A stretch of DNA of 64,000 bases, from positions 5,952,001 through 6,016,000 of the forward strand of contig CM022668.1 of assembly GCA_012295275.1 (NCBI GenBank), read 5' to 3'. Below are positions 63,568-64,000 of the stretch, one piece after another (position 1 is the first letter of the stretch; every line of letters begins with the position of its first letter). This stretch comes from Chrysomallon squamiferum (Eukaryota > Animalia > Mollusca). The position numbers were made by a program, and so were the translations under genes. The notes beneath the pieces were generated by a model, which had not been told where the DNA came from, searched no databases, and saw only the letters and a program-made list of their open reading frames with translations.

Positions 63568-63972
63568 GAGTAGTATAATAATAGTTATAGCAATAGGAAT
63601 GTTTCTGTCTTATAGTAATACTTCCAGTAGTAAAATAATAGTTATAGCAGTAGGAATGTTTATATCTTATAGTAATACTTCAAGTAGTAAAATAATAGTT
63701 ATAGCAGTAGGAATGTAATGTCTTATAGTAATACTTGCAGTAGTAAAATAATGGTTATAGCAGTAGGAATGTTTATATCTTATAGTAATACTTGCAGTAG
63801 TAAAATAATAGTTATAGCAGTAGCAATGTTTATGTCTAGGAATAATACTTGCAGTAGTAAAATAATAGTTATAGCAGTAGCAATGTTTATGTCTTGTAGT
63901 AATACTTGCAGTAGTAAAATAATGGTTATAGCAGTAGGAATGTTTATGATTTATAATAATATTTCCAGTAAT
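63568..63972. repeat. 57-bp minisatellite, about 7 copies
   Basis: Unit AGTAGTAAAATAATAGTTATAGCAGTAGGAATGTTTATATCTTATAGTAATACTTGC. Confidence 0.9.
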
Positions 63973-64000
63973 GATGTGAAATATTACTACTACCAGAAAC

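Overview
AT-rich, microsatellite-dense, intron-rich animal genomic DNA. The gene families point to a mollusc or other lophotrochozoan (inference). Most ORFs in the supplied track are microsatellite artefacts, so the real genes were spliced by hand. The window looks like an innate-immune/recognition cluster. (1) Three paralogous secreted PAN/apple + truncated-EGF + fibrinogen-domain (FReD) genes: one runs off the left edge and two are complete; they show exon-by-exon mosaic similarity and a strongly diverged ligand-binding exon. (2) A small type-I receptor with 3 EGF repeats (MEGF10/Draper/SCARF-like) and an ITAM-type tail. (3) A decayed receptor-PTP D2 remnant. (4) An unrecognised ~950-aa type-I membrane protein with an LRR-cap-only ectodomain and a cytoplasmic tail built from about 15 duplicated, frame-preserving phase-0 exons, with Tyr motifs completed across splice junctions and a basic SP-rich end. 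Also present are a two-exon CCT7 pseudogene fragment, a decayed Tc1 DD34E element, several Tigger/hAT/other MITEs and a duplicated CpG-containing promoter. By eye there is a CpG-depleted to CpG-retaining transition near 38 kb. All calls come from manual reading and recall of protein families; no searches were run.
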